Origin: a bacterium
GTDB lineage: Bacteria > Zhuqueibacterota > Zhuqueibacteria > Zhuqueibacterales > Zhuqueibacteraceae
Direction: 5' to 3'
Length of the DNA: 45,052 bases
NCBI GenBank assembly: GCA_044869275.1
Contig: JBIOXB010000154.1
Location: 1-45,052 of the forward strand
The position numbers and the translations under genes were made by a program. The stretch's first letter is position 1; the number at the start of each line of letters is the position of its first letter. Positions 17,447 to 27,527 of this stretch are shown in pieces. The notes below the pieces were generated by a model. It saw only the letters and a list, made by a program, of their open reading frames with translations, was not told the origin of the DNA and searched no databases.

Positions 17447-18604
17447 ATGAAACATCATCTGCTGGCACTATTGGGCTTGCATCCCAAGGTACTGACCGAG
17501 ACTTTGTACGGTTTGTGTGTGAAGCGAGGCGTCGCCATTTCGAATGTGATTGGCATTGCGAGTGCGGTGGCGAAGCAGAAGATCGTTTCTGAACTATTGC
17601 ATCCCGTCAGGGGTGAATATTACAAACTGTGCCGCGAGTACCCCGAGTGTTTCGACGGCATTCAGTTCGCGCCAGATAGTGTGCGGGTGGCCCACCTCGA
17701 AGGGGAAGAGATTGCCGACATCGCCAACTCGCGCCAAAGCCAGGCCTATTTGGATTTGATCATGGCGACCGTGATGGAAATAACGGCACACAAAGAGGTT
17801 TGCTTGCACACCGTCGTTGCCGGCGGCAGGCGCACAATGAGCGTATATCTCGCCATGGTGATGCAACTTTTGGCACGGCCGCAGGATCGTATGTATCACT
17901 TGTTCGTCGAGCCCTGGGAGGCGGAAACAAATTCAGGATTCTATTTTCCAACTGCAAAGTCGCATCCCATGACCACATACGAAGGCATGGCGTTCGACGC
18001 CAAAACCGTCTTAGTGGAGCTGGTGGAAGTGCCTTTCTTGCGCTTGCGGCCGCGCGTGCCCGCAGAAGTGCTAGCCTCGTTCAACTATCGGGACATTTTG
18101 CAATGGGTTCAACGCGAAGTGGAAGTCGCACCGCCTTTGTTGCCGCTGCGCATTGACCCCGATCATCATCGCATCACGATTGGTGCGATTCCCATCTCCA
18201 TGCAGCCCGTGGAACTGGCGGTTTACTGGTATTTTGCCGAGAAGAGCGGCCGGCGACCCAAGAGTGCGCCGCGTGAAGCATATTCCAGTTATTTCGAGAA
18301 GCCCATAGCAGATGGCTGCTTTTCCCGTCAGATGTCCGCGCGCCTGAAGAAATTATATGATACTTTGTTGCCACGCGACCAAATGCGCCAGCGTTTTTCC
18401 AGCGCTTTCAACAAAGAAGGCCGCATCGATTTGGAGTATCTGCGCCCGCATTTCAGTAACATCAAACGCAAAATCAGCGAGAAATTTCCGGAAGAGGATT
18501 TCAATCGCTGGTACCTCATCTCCGCCATTGGCCCGCGCGGAGATACGTGCTATGGCATTCGGCTGGACCGGGAGTTTATCCGGCTGCCAGAGGCAAGGTT
18601 GTGA
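17447..18604 (+). CDS. CRISPR-associated CARF protein, NE0113/Csx14 (ring nuclease-like) family, with C-terminal winged-helix domain
   Basis: LLGLHPKVLTETLYGL; LH..VAGGRRTMS.YL...MQL.ARPQDRMYHL.V; FYFP; VELVEVPFLRLR; C-terminal LRPHFSNIKRKI...YGIRL (wHTH-like). Confidence 0.85.
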   Translation: MKHHLLALLGLHPKVLTETLYGLCVKRGVAISNVIGIASAVAKQKIVSELLHPVRGEYYKLCREYPECFDGIQFAPDSVRVAHLEGEEIADIANSRQSQAYLDLIMATVMEITAHKEVCLHTVVAGGRRTMSVYLAMVMQLLARPQDRMYHLFVEPWEAETNSGFYFPTAKSHPMTTYEGMAFDAKTVLVELVEVPFLRLRPRVPAEVLASFNYRDILQWVQREVEVAPPLLPLRIDPDHHRITIGAIPISMQPVELAVYWYFAEKSGRRPKSAPREAYSSYFEKPIADGCFSRQMSARLKKLYDTLLPRDQMRQRFSSAFNKEGRIDLEYLRPHFSNIKRKISEKFPEEDFNRWYLISAIGPRGDTCYGIRLDREFIRLPEARL

Positions 18605-18713
18605 TAAGGTTGGGAGGGTTGGCGCTAATCCTTCGACGAGATAAATTGGCCTGATGGTCTCGTGACAGAGGCAGTGATAATCATTTGTCTTATTCATTTC
18701 AAACGAGGCAGAA

Positions 18714-20570
18714 ATGGCACGTTATGGAGAGAAAGAGCTCGGGGCGAAAGAGCTGACGAGCATTCTTGAAGCAACTGCACAGTATTGGCGAGACTGGAAT
18801 CCGAAAGCATTCGTTGGGTCGCTGGAAAAATATATCACAACCCTGCTCCCTCTTGAGCTTGAAGCAGTGCGCAAAATTGAAGCGGCTCGCAAGGAGGAGG
18901 GCAAGCGCCTGCCAGATGATTCTGAAAAAGCAGACACGTTGGTGCTGCTGGTTGGCTTCTCATTCGAGCCATTGTTGCAGTCCGTGTGCGCTTACAAACC
19001 GAAAAAGGTTTTACTGGTGCTGAATGAAAACTACTCGGATACTGTTGATGGCCAGATGTTCGGTGATTGGCTTACAAAATCGATCAGAAAATTGCCTGCC
19101 GATCTGTTGCCGGAGCAGCCGGAGGAGATCGGAGCGCTGGAGATAAATGAAGCGACAGGAGAAGAACAGTTTATCACTCAACCGGCGCAGCCCGAAAAAG
19201 TCTTTCAATTCTTGATTGACCAGTTGCTGCGCAAACCCGGCAATGACGCCCCGCAAAACGGCAGAATCGCTATCGACATTACCGGCGCTAAGAAGAGCAT
19301 GGTGACCGGCGCATATCTCTTTGGCGCGCTCACCAACTGCACGATTTCCTACGTTGATTTCGACGCGTACGAGCCGGAGCGTTTTCGCGCCTATGGTTAC
19401 TCTTGCAGAATTGGCAAAATCGGTAACCCCTATCATTCCTTTCGCATTTCCAATTGGCATCGAGTGCAAGAACGGTATAATCACTATGCGCTCGGGGAGG
19501 CCGCAAAGTTGCTCGGTGAAATTATTTCAGATTTTAAGAAAACAAAATTGTTTGAACGGGAAGATAAAAAAGACGAGATAAACGAGCTGCTCAAGCTCAG
19601 GCAACTGCAAAGAGTCATCGAGTTCTATTCCAGTTGGGATGCTGGCGATATTCCCAATGCTTATGAGCAATGGGTTTCTGAAATCAAAAAGATGGGAGTC
19701 GAAGCGCCGAAGGTTATTCAGGTGCTTGGGCCGGAGTGGGAAAAAGCCAAGAAGTCGGCATCTTCCTCACTGGCAGCCGGTGACTTTGCTGAAGCGCATT
19801 GGGCTATGGACAAATGGGCGACTCTGCTTGGAACCAATCATTGGCAGGCCATGCTGACTTATGCGCAGGATGAACTCGCGAAAATCCAACGCATCTTTAA
19901 GTTGCAAGGCGACGCACGCGCGGCCTTCATTCGGGCTGCCAATCTGCACGAATATACATTGAAAGTTAGACTGCTTATTCTAGAAAGCATTGCGGACGGC
20001 TTTAACGTAACAACCGGGGACAAGAGTGATCTCTTCGGGGTTGCCTTTTTCTTAGCAAGCCAAGCGATTCTCTACGCTGTGAATCCAAGGAATCCCAAAC
20101 CGCTTGCAAAATTTAATGAAAAAAGTAGGGTCAAAATTGAGGCTGCCCGAGGTCTTGAGAGCCTAAATCTCAGGATGTTTCCAGGATGGGAAGAGGTGCT
20201 TTTCGTCAAGAGAAAAAATGAGCGAGCAGAAGAGGTCAGGTTGGTAGATCAGTTCCGCGAAGTTCGCAACAGCGCCGTTCACAGTTTGTCCGTCATCTCG
20301 GAGAAAGATGCCAAAAGTGCCGTTGAATTTATCGAGAAGGACTGGGATAATTTGCTGGACTCATGGGCGAAATTGCTCATCGCAAAACCTTCGGACAAGG
20401 TTAATATTGATCAATTTGAAAAGGCGGAAGCGCTTAGGAAAAAAGTCAGAGGCGATACGCGATTCGGACTTCCATTATGGAGAGAGTTGTTGAGCAAGAA
20501 CCTGTGCAACGTGGACTTTCTGCCGATTTTCGATGACACAGAAAAACCAATACAGGAGCAAACATCATGA
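18714..20570 (+). CDS. CARF-HEPN ribonuclease effector (Csm6/Csx1-like)
   Basis: CARF motifs LVLLVGFSFEPLLQSV and IDITGAKKSMVTGAY...YVDF; HEPN RxxxxH in EVRNSAVHS; 4-nt overlap with cas10. Confidence 0.8.
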   Translation: MARYGEKELGAKELTSILEATAQYWRDWNPKAFVGSLEKYITTLLPLELEAVRKIEAARKEEGKRLPDDSEKADTLVLLVGFSFEPLLQSVCAYKPKKVLLVLNENYSDTVDGQMFGDWLTKSIRKLPADLLPEQPEEIGALEINEATGEEQFITQPAQPEKVFQFLIDQLLRKPGNDAPQNGRIAIDITGAKKSMVTGAYLFGALTNCTISYVDFDAYEPERFRAYGYSCRIGKIGNPYHSFRISNWHRVQERYNHYALGEAAKLLGEIISDFKKTKLFEREDKKDEINELLKLRQLQRVIEFYSSWDAGDIPNAYEQWVSEIKKMGVEAPKVIQVLGPEWEKAKKSASSSLAAGDFAEAHWAMDKWATLLGTNHWQAMLTYAQDELAKIQRIFKLQGDARAAFIRAANLHEYTLKVRLLILESIADGFNVTTGDKSDLFGVAFFLASQAILYAVNPRNPKPLAKFNEKSRVKIEAARGLESLNLRMFPGWEEVLFVKRKNERAEEVRLVDQFREVRNSAVHSLSVISEKDAKSAVEFIEKDWDNLLDSWAKLLIAKPSDKVNIDQFEKAEALRKKVRGDTRFGLPLWRELLSKNLCNVDFLPIFDDTEKPIQEQTS

Positions 20571-22318
20571 CTCGCTATCTTGTCGCGGCGGAAGCCGATA
20601 AAATTCAGGATTTCATTTTTCGCTCGGCGCGTTTACAGGAAGTGGTTGGTGGCAGCAATCTGCTCACACGATTTTGCCAGGACGGCATTGAGGCTTTGTT
20701 TGCCGCAAAAGCATCTTTTTACGGGGTGGCAGGAGTAAACTGGGAACTCGTCGTCAGTGATGGCGGCAATTTTCGGATTTGGTTCGATGAGCCGGAAAAG
20801 GCTGAGGCTTTCCAATACGACCTCACCGAGTTTTATCGCCGCGTGGTGGACAGCACGCTAACCGTCGCGGCCAAGCCGGAGGAATATGACGATGAGGTGG
20901 TAAAGGAAAAATTTGGTGAGGCCAATGATAAGGTCACCGATGCGCTCAAAAAAGCGAAGTCTTCGTCCCACGACGCTCGCGTTGTTTCGCACATTCCGCA
21001 AATGGCCTTCTGCGCTTCTTGCGGTTTGGCTATCGCCATAAGGCACGAGGCATACTATGAAGAAGAACGGGGAAAATATTTGTGTGACGCTTGTATCAAA
21101 AAGCGTGATGAGCGGCTGGAGTATTTCGTGGGGCCCGAAGAGTATGACCCGGATAAAAAGGAATTCTTTATCAACCAGTTTCGAGATAAGATACGCACGC
21201 AACACTCCGATTTGGCAGAAGTAAAGCTCTGGGTGCCGGCTGATGCCGTCGATGCCATCGGCGAGTTCGATTCGCGGCGATACGTTGCCTATCTCATTGC
21301 CGATGGCAACAGCATGGGAGAATTCTTTCACAAATGCCGAACGGACGACGACCTCAGAATGCTTTCTAAGCAATTGCCAGAAGTCGTGCAAGAGGCGCTC
21401 GCCCACCCAATGGGCTTGCTCAAACAATGCACGAACGAAATTGCGGGCAACAACAGAGAGATCAAAATTAAACGCAAGGGAAAACTCGCTCCCGATAAGT
21501 TGCCGCTCAAAGATGTTCTTCCAGTCGTGCCGCTCATCCTTGGCGGCGATGACATTTTTGCGCTTCTGCCCGCGCCTTATGCGGTGGATTTTACGCGATT
21601 GTTCATAGAAGAATACCAAAAGCAGATGGCCGTTGTGCTGCAGGGTTTGAACATCTCAGACAAGCCGACTCTCTCTGCCGTCGTGGTGATTTGCAAGAGC
21701 AATTATCCCTACAAGCTCGCGCACCATCACGGTCACGAGCTGCTCAAGCGCGCAAAGAAAATGGCAAAGCTTCATGATGAACAGAAACGCTCGGTTATCG
21801 ACGTCGACGTGATTTTGAGCAGTGAAAGGCGAAACGCGAATGATGCCAGTGGCGAGGCAAAGCAGCTTTATCATTCGAGCCTGCGGCCGTTTTGGGCAGA
21901 TGGCGCCAGTACTGATTCCGGCATTTTCATCAAGCAGCTTATCGAAACACGCTGGCTCTTGAATGATCTCCCGCACAAACGCCTGGCGCAGTTGCGCCGG
22001 TTGTATTCTCGAGAAAAATTACCCACAAGCGACGACCAATCCCTCGCGCATTGGAACAAAAGCTTGGAGCGCTTGCTTCAGCGCATAGCTCGCATGGATT
22101 ATGACGATGCAACGCAACCCGAAAGCAGCGGCCTAGCCGGAAAGGTCAAAAAAGCGCTCATCGAGCTTGGCGATGGCGAGGCGAACGGCAAAAACGGGCA
22201 TTGGAAGAAAACATCAAAGCGCAGCACCGAACCCCATGACGCCCATGCCCTGCCAGATTTGCTGAGGATGTGGGATTATTGTTACGCACTCGATAGGCCC
22301 TTTGAAAAATATCAGTGA
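20567..22318 (+). CDS. cas10: Cas10, type III-D (no HD nuclease domain; Palm/cyclase GGDD intact)
   Basis: DKIQDFIFRS.RL.EVVGGS.LL; Zn finger CASC...CDAC; ADGNSMG; ILGGDDIF; 583 aa without an N-terminal HD domain. Confidence 0.92.
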   Translation: MTRYLVAAEADKIQDFIFRSARLQEVVGGSNLLTRFCQDGIEALFAAKASFYGVAGVNWELVVSDGGNFRIWFDEPEKAEAFQYDLTEFYRRVVDSTLTVAAKPEEYDDEVVKEKFGEANDKVTDALKKAKSSSHDARVVSHIPQMAFCASCGLAIAIRHEAYYEEERGKYLCDACIKKRDERLEYFVGPEEYDPDKKEFFINQFRDKIRTQHSDLAEVKLWVPADAVDAIGEFDSRRYVAYLIADGNSMGEFFHKCRTDDDLRMLSKQLPEVVQEALAHPMGLLKQCTNEIAGNNREIKIKRKGKLAPDKLPLKDVLPVVPLILGGDDIFALLPAPYAVDFTRLFIEEYQKQMAVVLQGLNISDKPTLSAVVVICKSNYPYKLAHHHGHELLKRAKKMAKLHDEQKRSVIDVDVILSSERRNANDASGEAKQLYHSSLRPFWADGASTDSGIFIKQLIETRWLLNDLPHKRLAQLRRLYSREKLPTSDDQSLAHWNKSLERLLQRIARMDYDDATQPESSGLAGKVKKALIELGDGEANGKNGHWKKTSKRSTEPHDAHALPDLLRMWDYCYALDRPFEKYQ

Positions 22319-24783
22319 GGGAAAGAATGAACTTCTCATTAAAATTTCAACTCGAGTTGTCCTCGGATTATCACCTGAGCTCCGGCCATCGCAGCGAAGA
22401 GGTGGATTCGGCCTTGTTTCGTGATGCTGACGGTTTGCCCGCTCTCCGAGGAACGACCGTCGCTGCGCTCTTGCGCGACGGCATGCGCCGGCTGATTCTC
22501 ACCGGCGCGCTCAAGAACGTCACGTGCAATTGTCAAGCTTCCGGATTACCTGAGAAAATAGAAGGCAAAGAGCCGCCGGAATACTGCGGCCAATTTGAGA
22601 AATTGCTTGAAACCAAGTTCTGTCCGGTGTGCAAAATTTTTGGCTCGCCCAAATCTTTCAAAGCGTGGTCGGTTTCCTCGGCGCGGCCTTCAGGTTTGAA
22701 TGCGCCTGACACGGGGCAGGGTGTTATGGCAGAATGGGGAGCGCAAGAGGTGATGCGCGTGCGCATTGACCCTCGCACCCGTCGAGCTGAAGCGCGCAAG
22801 TTGTTCAGCCAGGAAGAAGGCGATAGCCGGTTGATTTTTGAATTCACCGTCACCAGCGCTACGCAAAATGAACATGAGAACGCGCAGGCTGCTTTGATCG
22901 TGGCTGCAGCGCGCATGGTGCGCAATTTCGGCGGCGCGCGCCGGCGCGGACGCGGCGAATGTCTTTTCACCCTCATTGAAGCGAAAGGCAAACCCGCAAA
23001 CAACGACGCCTGGCTCGATGATTTCCAATCCATTTGGATTGAGGGAAAGCCGACAACGAACGATGAAGATGAGGAGAAGTCGAACATCGTTAAACCGCAT
23101 CGTCAAGCGGCTTCGGGAACGGCATTGCGCTTGCGCTTGATCGTGCGCGCTGATGAGCCTATTCTCGTAGCCCGGCGTGCCGAATCCGGCAACGAGTTTG
23201 AAGGTTTGCGTTCCATTCCAGGAACCGTGGTTCGCGGCGCTTTTGCTCAAAAGGCCGCGGCAAAATGGGGCGGCTTCGATGACGACCTTCGCACTCTGTT
23301 TTGGGAATTGTTCTTTTCAGGTAAGCTATGCTTCACTCCGCTTTATCCCGCCCTTCAAGACGGCACCAATATCCGTCCGGCATTTCCGGCGCCGCGAGAT
23401 TTTCACACCTGCAAATTGCATTGCGGCCTCGATGAAACCGACGCCGACGTGATCTGGCATTTGCGCAGAGGCTCATCACTGAGCGAGGCCGAATGTTTGC
23501 GGTGCGGTGAAGCTCTTGAGCCTATGGAGGAGTTTCTCTATATCTCAAAAACCGGCGAATTGAAAAACATGCGTATCCGCAACGGTTTGGAAATGCACAA
23601 CACCATCAATCCCAATACCGAGCGAGTGGAGGAGACGAACCTGTTTGCCTACCAGCCGCTGGAAAGCGGGCAATACTTCATTGGTGAGATTGTTTGCGAC
23701 GATGAAAACCTCTGGTCTCTGCTCAAAGATTTTGCCGGTTTGCTGGAGTTGGACAAAGCTTTTTCGCTTAGTTTGGGGAAAGCTTCGCGCCGCGGTTATG
23801 GCCGTGCAACCGCAGTGCTTGTAAAGCCCAAAAGCGCAGACAGCCCGCCATTATGGATCGGCCGGCCACTCGTAACGCGTGTATCCAGCGCAAATGACAA
23901 CGAAACGCTCGTGCTCACTTTGTTGAGCGACGCCATCATCCCCGATTGTTGGGGAAGATTTTATACGGGGTTCGAGGAGGCGTCGCTCAGAAAAGAATTG
24001 GGCATAGAAGTGACCATCGTCGAACAATTCGTGGCGGCGCGCGAGGTTGATTCCTTCAATGCCCATCTCGGTTTGCCGCGCTGGCGCGATGTTGCCATTG
24101 CCGCCGGGTCTTCCTGCAAAATTCAAATACGCTCACGGGAAATCGAAAAGCTCAAAGCTCTTTGGGCGCAACAGACTGGGAATAACGAAGCCTCGCCGGA
24201 CGCCGCGCTGCACGCTCTGCACTGGCGTTTGAACAAACTCGAAGTTGAAGGTGTTGGCGTGCGCCGCAATGAAGGCTTCGGCGGGATCGCATTCAATCAC
24301 CCGTTGTATGAAAATGCCGCGATATTAAAGGATTGGTGGTTCCCTTTGCCGCAAGCATTGCAACTGCGAGATGACGCACAAAAGACCGGCTTTTCCTTTG
24401 AGCCAAGATTTCGAAAAGACTGGAATGAGATTCTCGATGAATTAAACCTCGAAGCGTGCCACGGCTCGAAGTTTGGTGCAGTGGCGCGTCTCTTTCGCGC
24501 CGAGAAGTACACTGGAATCGCAGTGCTGCAAGAGCGGCTCACCAAGTTGGGCGAGCGTGATAATCTCGACGGTGGCTTGCCGAAGAACGAGAGCAATTGG
24601 TTCAAAAAGAAGGGCGGCAAAGGCGTTGAGTTGATTGACACCGCTTTGAATCGGCTCGCAAGCCACATCGCAATGGTCACCGGCTCGCAAGAAATAGATA
24701 AACGCCTGTCGGCAATCGGCATCGAGTTGCTTGCCGAGCGCATCGCTGAGGAAGCGCTTAAAGATCAAGGAGAAAAACGATGA
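22315..24783 (+). CDS. Cas7-Cas5(Csx10)-Cas11 fusion RAMP of type III-Dv-like effector
   Basis: N-terminal Cas7 (SDYHLSSG...VDSALFRD.DGLP, Cys cluster, FGG.RRRGRG); central Cas5/Csx10 (IPGTVVRGAFA, LGKASRRGYG, GVGVRRNEGFG); helical C-terminal tail consistent with Cas11 (inferred from order and size); alternative ATG at 22327. Confidence 0.8.
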   Translation: MRERMNFSLKFQLELSSDYHLSSGHRSEEVDSALFRDADGLPALRGTTVAALLRDGMRRLILTGALKNVTCNCQASGLPEKIEGKEPPEYCGQFEKLLETKFCPVCKIFGSPKSFKAWSVSSARPSGLNAPDTGQGVMAEWGAQEVMRVRIDPRTRRAEARKLFSQEEGDSRLIFEFTVTSATQNEHENAQAALIVAAARMVRNFGGARRRGRGECLFTLIEAKGKPANNDAWLDDFQSIWIEGKPTTNDEDEEKSNIVKPHRQAASGTALRLRLIVRADEPILVARRAESGNEFEGLRSIPGTVVRGAFAQKAAAKWGGFDDDLRTLFWELFFSGKLCFTPLYPALQDGTNIRPAFPAPRDFHTCKLHCGLDETDADVIWHLRRGSSLSEAECLRCGEALEPMEEFLYISKTGELKNMRIRNGLEMHNTINPNTERVEETNLFAYQPLESGQYFIGEIVCDDENLWSLLKDFAGLLELDKAFSLSLGKASRRGYGRATAVLVKPKSADSPPLWIGRPLVTRVSSANDNETLVLTLLSDAIIPDCWGRFYTGFEEASLRKELGIEVTIVEQFVAAREVDSFNAHLGLPRWRDVAIAAGSSCKIQIRSREIEKLKALWAQQTGNNEASPDAALHALHWRLNKLEVEGVGVRRNEGFGGIAFNHPLYENAAILKDWWFPLPQALQLRDDAQKTGFSFEPRFRKDWNEILDELNLEACHGSKFGAVARLFRAEKYTGIAVLQERLTKLGERDNLDGGLPKNESNWFKKKGGKGVELIDTALNRLASHIAMVTGSQEIDKRLSAIGIELLAERIAEEALKDQGEKR

Positions 24784-26648
24784 AGCAATATATCGCCATC
24801 ACTGGTCAAATCGAATTTACCACGGCTTTGCACATTGGCAGCGGAAAAGGCGGAGAGACTACCGATGCGCCGATGCGCCACGACGCGCAGGGACGAATCG
24901 TTCTGCCCGGCACGGCCCTCGCGGGCGCGCTGCGCAGTACTGCAACAAGGCTCGCACCGAGAATGAATCTCGATATTCAAAACCCATTCTGTGTAGCGCT
25001 CGATAACGGCAAAAAGGAAATCGAACCCTGCGCGTGCCCGGTTTGCCATTTGTTCGGCGATCTTCATCCCGGCACGGAAGAAAACGTGCAAAGCGCAAAG
25101 ACACACGCTTCTCGTTTGTGGATTTACGACGCGACTTTGGCTAAAGACCAAGCGTGCGCGCTCGTGCGCGATGGCGTGGGCATCGACCGCGAAAGCGGCG
25201 CTTCCGCCAACGCTGGCGCTGCCAAATTTGATCTCGAAGTTTTGCCCGTAGGAGCAAGTTTCGATCTGCGCATAGAGGTGCAAAAATCCTCTGAGCAAGA
25301 TATCATGTTGCTGGCAGCGGCTTTGGCTGAATGGCAGTCCGGACGCGTGCGGCTCGGCGGCAGAACAGCGCGAGGGCTCGGCGTTTTCATTTTGAAAGGA
25401 CTGCAATGCAGCACGATTGATCTGCAAGATCATCTCATCAAGTTTCTCAAATCCAAGAAGCCGTGGGAAGCAGGTGCGGCAGATGCAAAATGGTTGGAGA
25501 CCAATTTGAAGAATGTAGAAACTCAGGCGATCCCACAACACCAGATTAAGTCTGAGGGCAAACAAAGCGTGATCGACTCCGTTGCCCAAAGCTGGGTCAC
25601 GGTCAATTTCGACCTGCAATTCCAAGGCCCGTTTCTCATGCACGACGCCACGTTGGCAGGTTTGATTGGTTATGACCATGCGCCCTTATTAGAAAAATTG
25701 CCGCCACCAAACCGCGATGACAAATGGCGGGCGCAACCCGTGCTATCCGGCGCAGGCTTGCGCGGCGTGTTGCGCTCTCATGCCGAGCGCATTGCGCGCA
25801 CGCTGGCGACACATCTGGCTTGGGGCAAAGATAATCAGCAAGAGTATTTTCTCCATCATTGTCCGGCATGCAATCCCACGCAATCGAATTGGCAGAAAGC
25901 GCTCGCGAATTGTGATAGGCTGCTTGCAGACCACCCTGATTCGACGTTGACAACGCATCAAGAAGCAACCGATAAACACCTCTGCCTCGCCTGTTGGCTG
26001 TTTGGCAGCACACGCCGCGGCAGCCGTTTCGCGATTCACGATGCGCGCATGATTCAAGATAATCCCCCAAAGCGATTGCCTTACAAACCGCAGGATTTCC
26101 TTGCCATCGACCGCTTCACCGGCGGTGGCCTCGACGGCGCGAAGTTCGATGCACTCGGTCTATTCGCGCCGCGCTTCCGCGTCTGCCTGCATCTCGAAAA
26201 TCCCGCGGACTGGGAATTGGGCTGGCTCACGCTCGTGCTACGCGATTTGCGCGATGAGCTGGTGACTTTCGGCTTCGGCGCGGCAAAAGGCTATGGCTTG
26301 GCAAAGGCAGAAAACTTCGACGTACAGCTTGGCTTTATCACCGCGGAGGATATTCCGCTTGCGAGAAAAGACAAAGAGACTGATCAAGCACGACAAGCCA
26401 GAAAGGAAGCACTAGCCGCAACTGCGCCCAAAGACCGGCAGTCGTTATATGCCGTGTTGCCTTTTGAGGCATCGTCATTCACAGCGCACAAGGTGCTTTT
26501 GGAAGATTGGATAGCTGCTTTCAACAAACAGGTTGAAGATTTTGACCGCAGCAAACCCGAAATGAAACCGCCAGCGCCGGTGAGCGACACGTACTTTGGA
26601 CGCTTGCATGAGTTGTATCCGGTCAATCCGCTTGCGGAGAGCGCGTGA
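24780..26648 (+). CDS. Cas7-Cas7 double-RAMP fusion (Csm3-group)
   Basis: Two RAMP domains: LHIGSG...TDAP...LPGTALAGALR...LGGRTARGLG and LSGAGLRGVLR...AIDRFTGG....KFD...FG.GAAKGYG. Confidence 0.88.
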   Translation: MKQYIAITGQIEFTTALHIGSGKGGETTDAPMRHDAQGRIVLPGTALAGALRSTATRLAPRMNLDIQNPFCVALDNGKKEIEPCACPVCHLFGDLHPGTEENVQSAKTHASRLWIYDATLAKDQACALVRDGVGIDRESGASANAGAAKFDLEVLPVGASFDLRIEVQKSSEQDIMLLAAALAEWQSGRVRLGGRTARGLGVFILKGLQCSTIDLQDHLIKFLKSKKPWEAGAADAKWLETNLKNVETQAIPQHQIKSEGKQSVIDSVAQSWVTVNFDLQFQGPFLMHDATLAGLIGYDHAPLLEKLPPPNRDDKWRAQPVLSGAGLRGVLRSHAERIARTLATHLAWGKDNQQEYFLHHCPACNPTQSNWQKALANCDRLLADHPDSTLTTHQEATDKHLCLACWLFGSTRRGSRFAIHDARMIQDNPPKRLPYKPQDFLAIDRFTGGGLDGAKFDALGLFAPRFRVCLHLENPADWELGWLTLVLRDLRDELVTFGFGAAKGYGLAKAENFDVQLGFITAEDIPLARKDKETDQARQARKEALAATAPKDRQSLYAVLPFEASSFTAHKVLLEDWIAAFNKQVEDFDRSKPEMKPPAPVSDTYFGRLHELYPVNPLAESA

Positions 26649-26667
26649 GTATTTTATCGACGACGGT

Positions 26668-26697
26668 CGTAGCGCAGGCGGGGACGCCTGCGCTACG
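26668..26697. repeat. GTAG-type REP-like hairpin within the cas operon
   Basis: Perfect 13-bp stem CGTAGCGCAGGCG-GGGA-CGCCTGCGCTACG. Confidence 0.7.
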
Positions 26698-26765
26698 TTT
26701 TCTCCGTAAGTGAGGCATTACTCATATTGCGTATTATCCCTTGAATTTCAAACCGAGGTTTAACC

Positions 26766-27527
26766 ATGGGTGATCAAACCAAAGCCATCGATTTCAAAGC
26801 GATTATCCAACAGATGGTCAAGGCTGAGAAAGATAAAGCCACGGAAGATAATATCGTCATCGTCGGTGGCGTGTTCGATTTGAGCGCATCAAAAGAATCG
26901 ATCTTTGCCGATGAAACACTTGACCCCGAGATCGAGCAATCGGTGAGTGACAAGCTCCGCAAGTTTGTCGAAACTTGGCAGCCGGAGAATTGCGGCATGA
27001 CGCGAGCGATCTTAGAGACGGTCGGTAGTATCGACATGGATTATACGAGTAAGGTCCTCACGACAGAGACCGCGTACAACGAGCTCATGCGCGCGCGTTT
27101 TTTCGGCGAGGGCGGTGATCTTTCGCTGCGCCGCGACTGCGATTGGTTATATTGGCATTTTATTGGTGAACGCAAAACCAAGACCCCAAACCTCAAAAAT
27201 CGTTGCAGCTATTGGGGTGAGCAAAAAAAACTGCCGGAGAAGGAACGGGTCACTGCATTGCGCCGCCAAAAAGGCGTTGATTCTTTGCTCTGGGGCGAGC
27301 GTATTGTGCCGAAGAATGGCGGGGTGTTCTGGCGCGAAGATCGCGTCGGGGCAAAAGATTTGTTCTATCCTGTTGATAATCTAGAAAACAAGACTGCGCA
27401 AAAGCAACGCATGAAAATCATCTATGATGTTTACTGGCACAACGGCCAGCCGGCGTTTGTGTGGTTGAAAGATTTGATAGAAGTGTTGCCGAAATCTGAG
27501 AACAGCGAGGACAATAACCATGCCTAA
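26766..27527 (+). CDS. csx19: Csx19 (type III-D subunit)
   Basis: RARFFG.GGDLSLRR, LLWGE, LFYPV, AFVWLKDL; canonical position between Cas7-Cas7 and Cas7-insertion. Confidence 0.7.
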   Translation: MGDQTKAIDFKAIIQQMVKAEKDKATEDNIVIVGGVFDLSASKESIFADETLDPEIEQSVSDKLRKFVETWQPENCGMTRAILETVGSIDMDYTSKVLTTETAYNELMRARFFGEGGDLSLRRDCDWLYWHFIGERKTKTPNLKNRCSYWGEQKKLPEKERVTALRRQKGVDSLLWGERIVPKNGGVFWREDRVGAKDLFYPVDNLENKTAQKQRMKIIYDVYWHNGQPAFVWLKDLIEVLPKSENSEDNNHA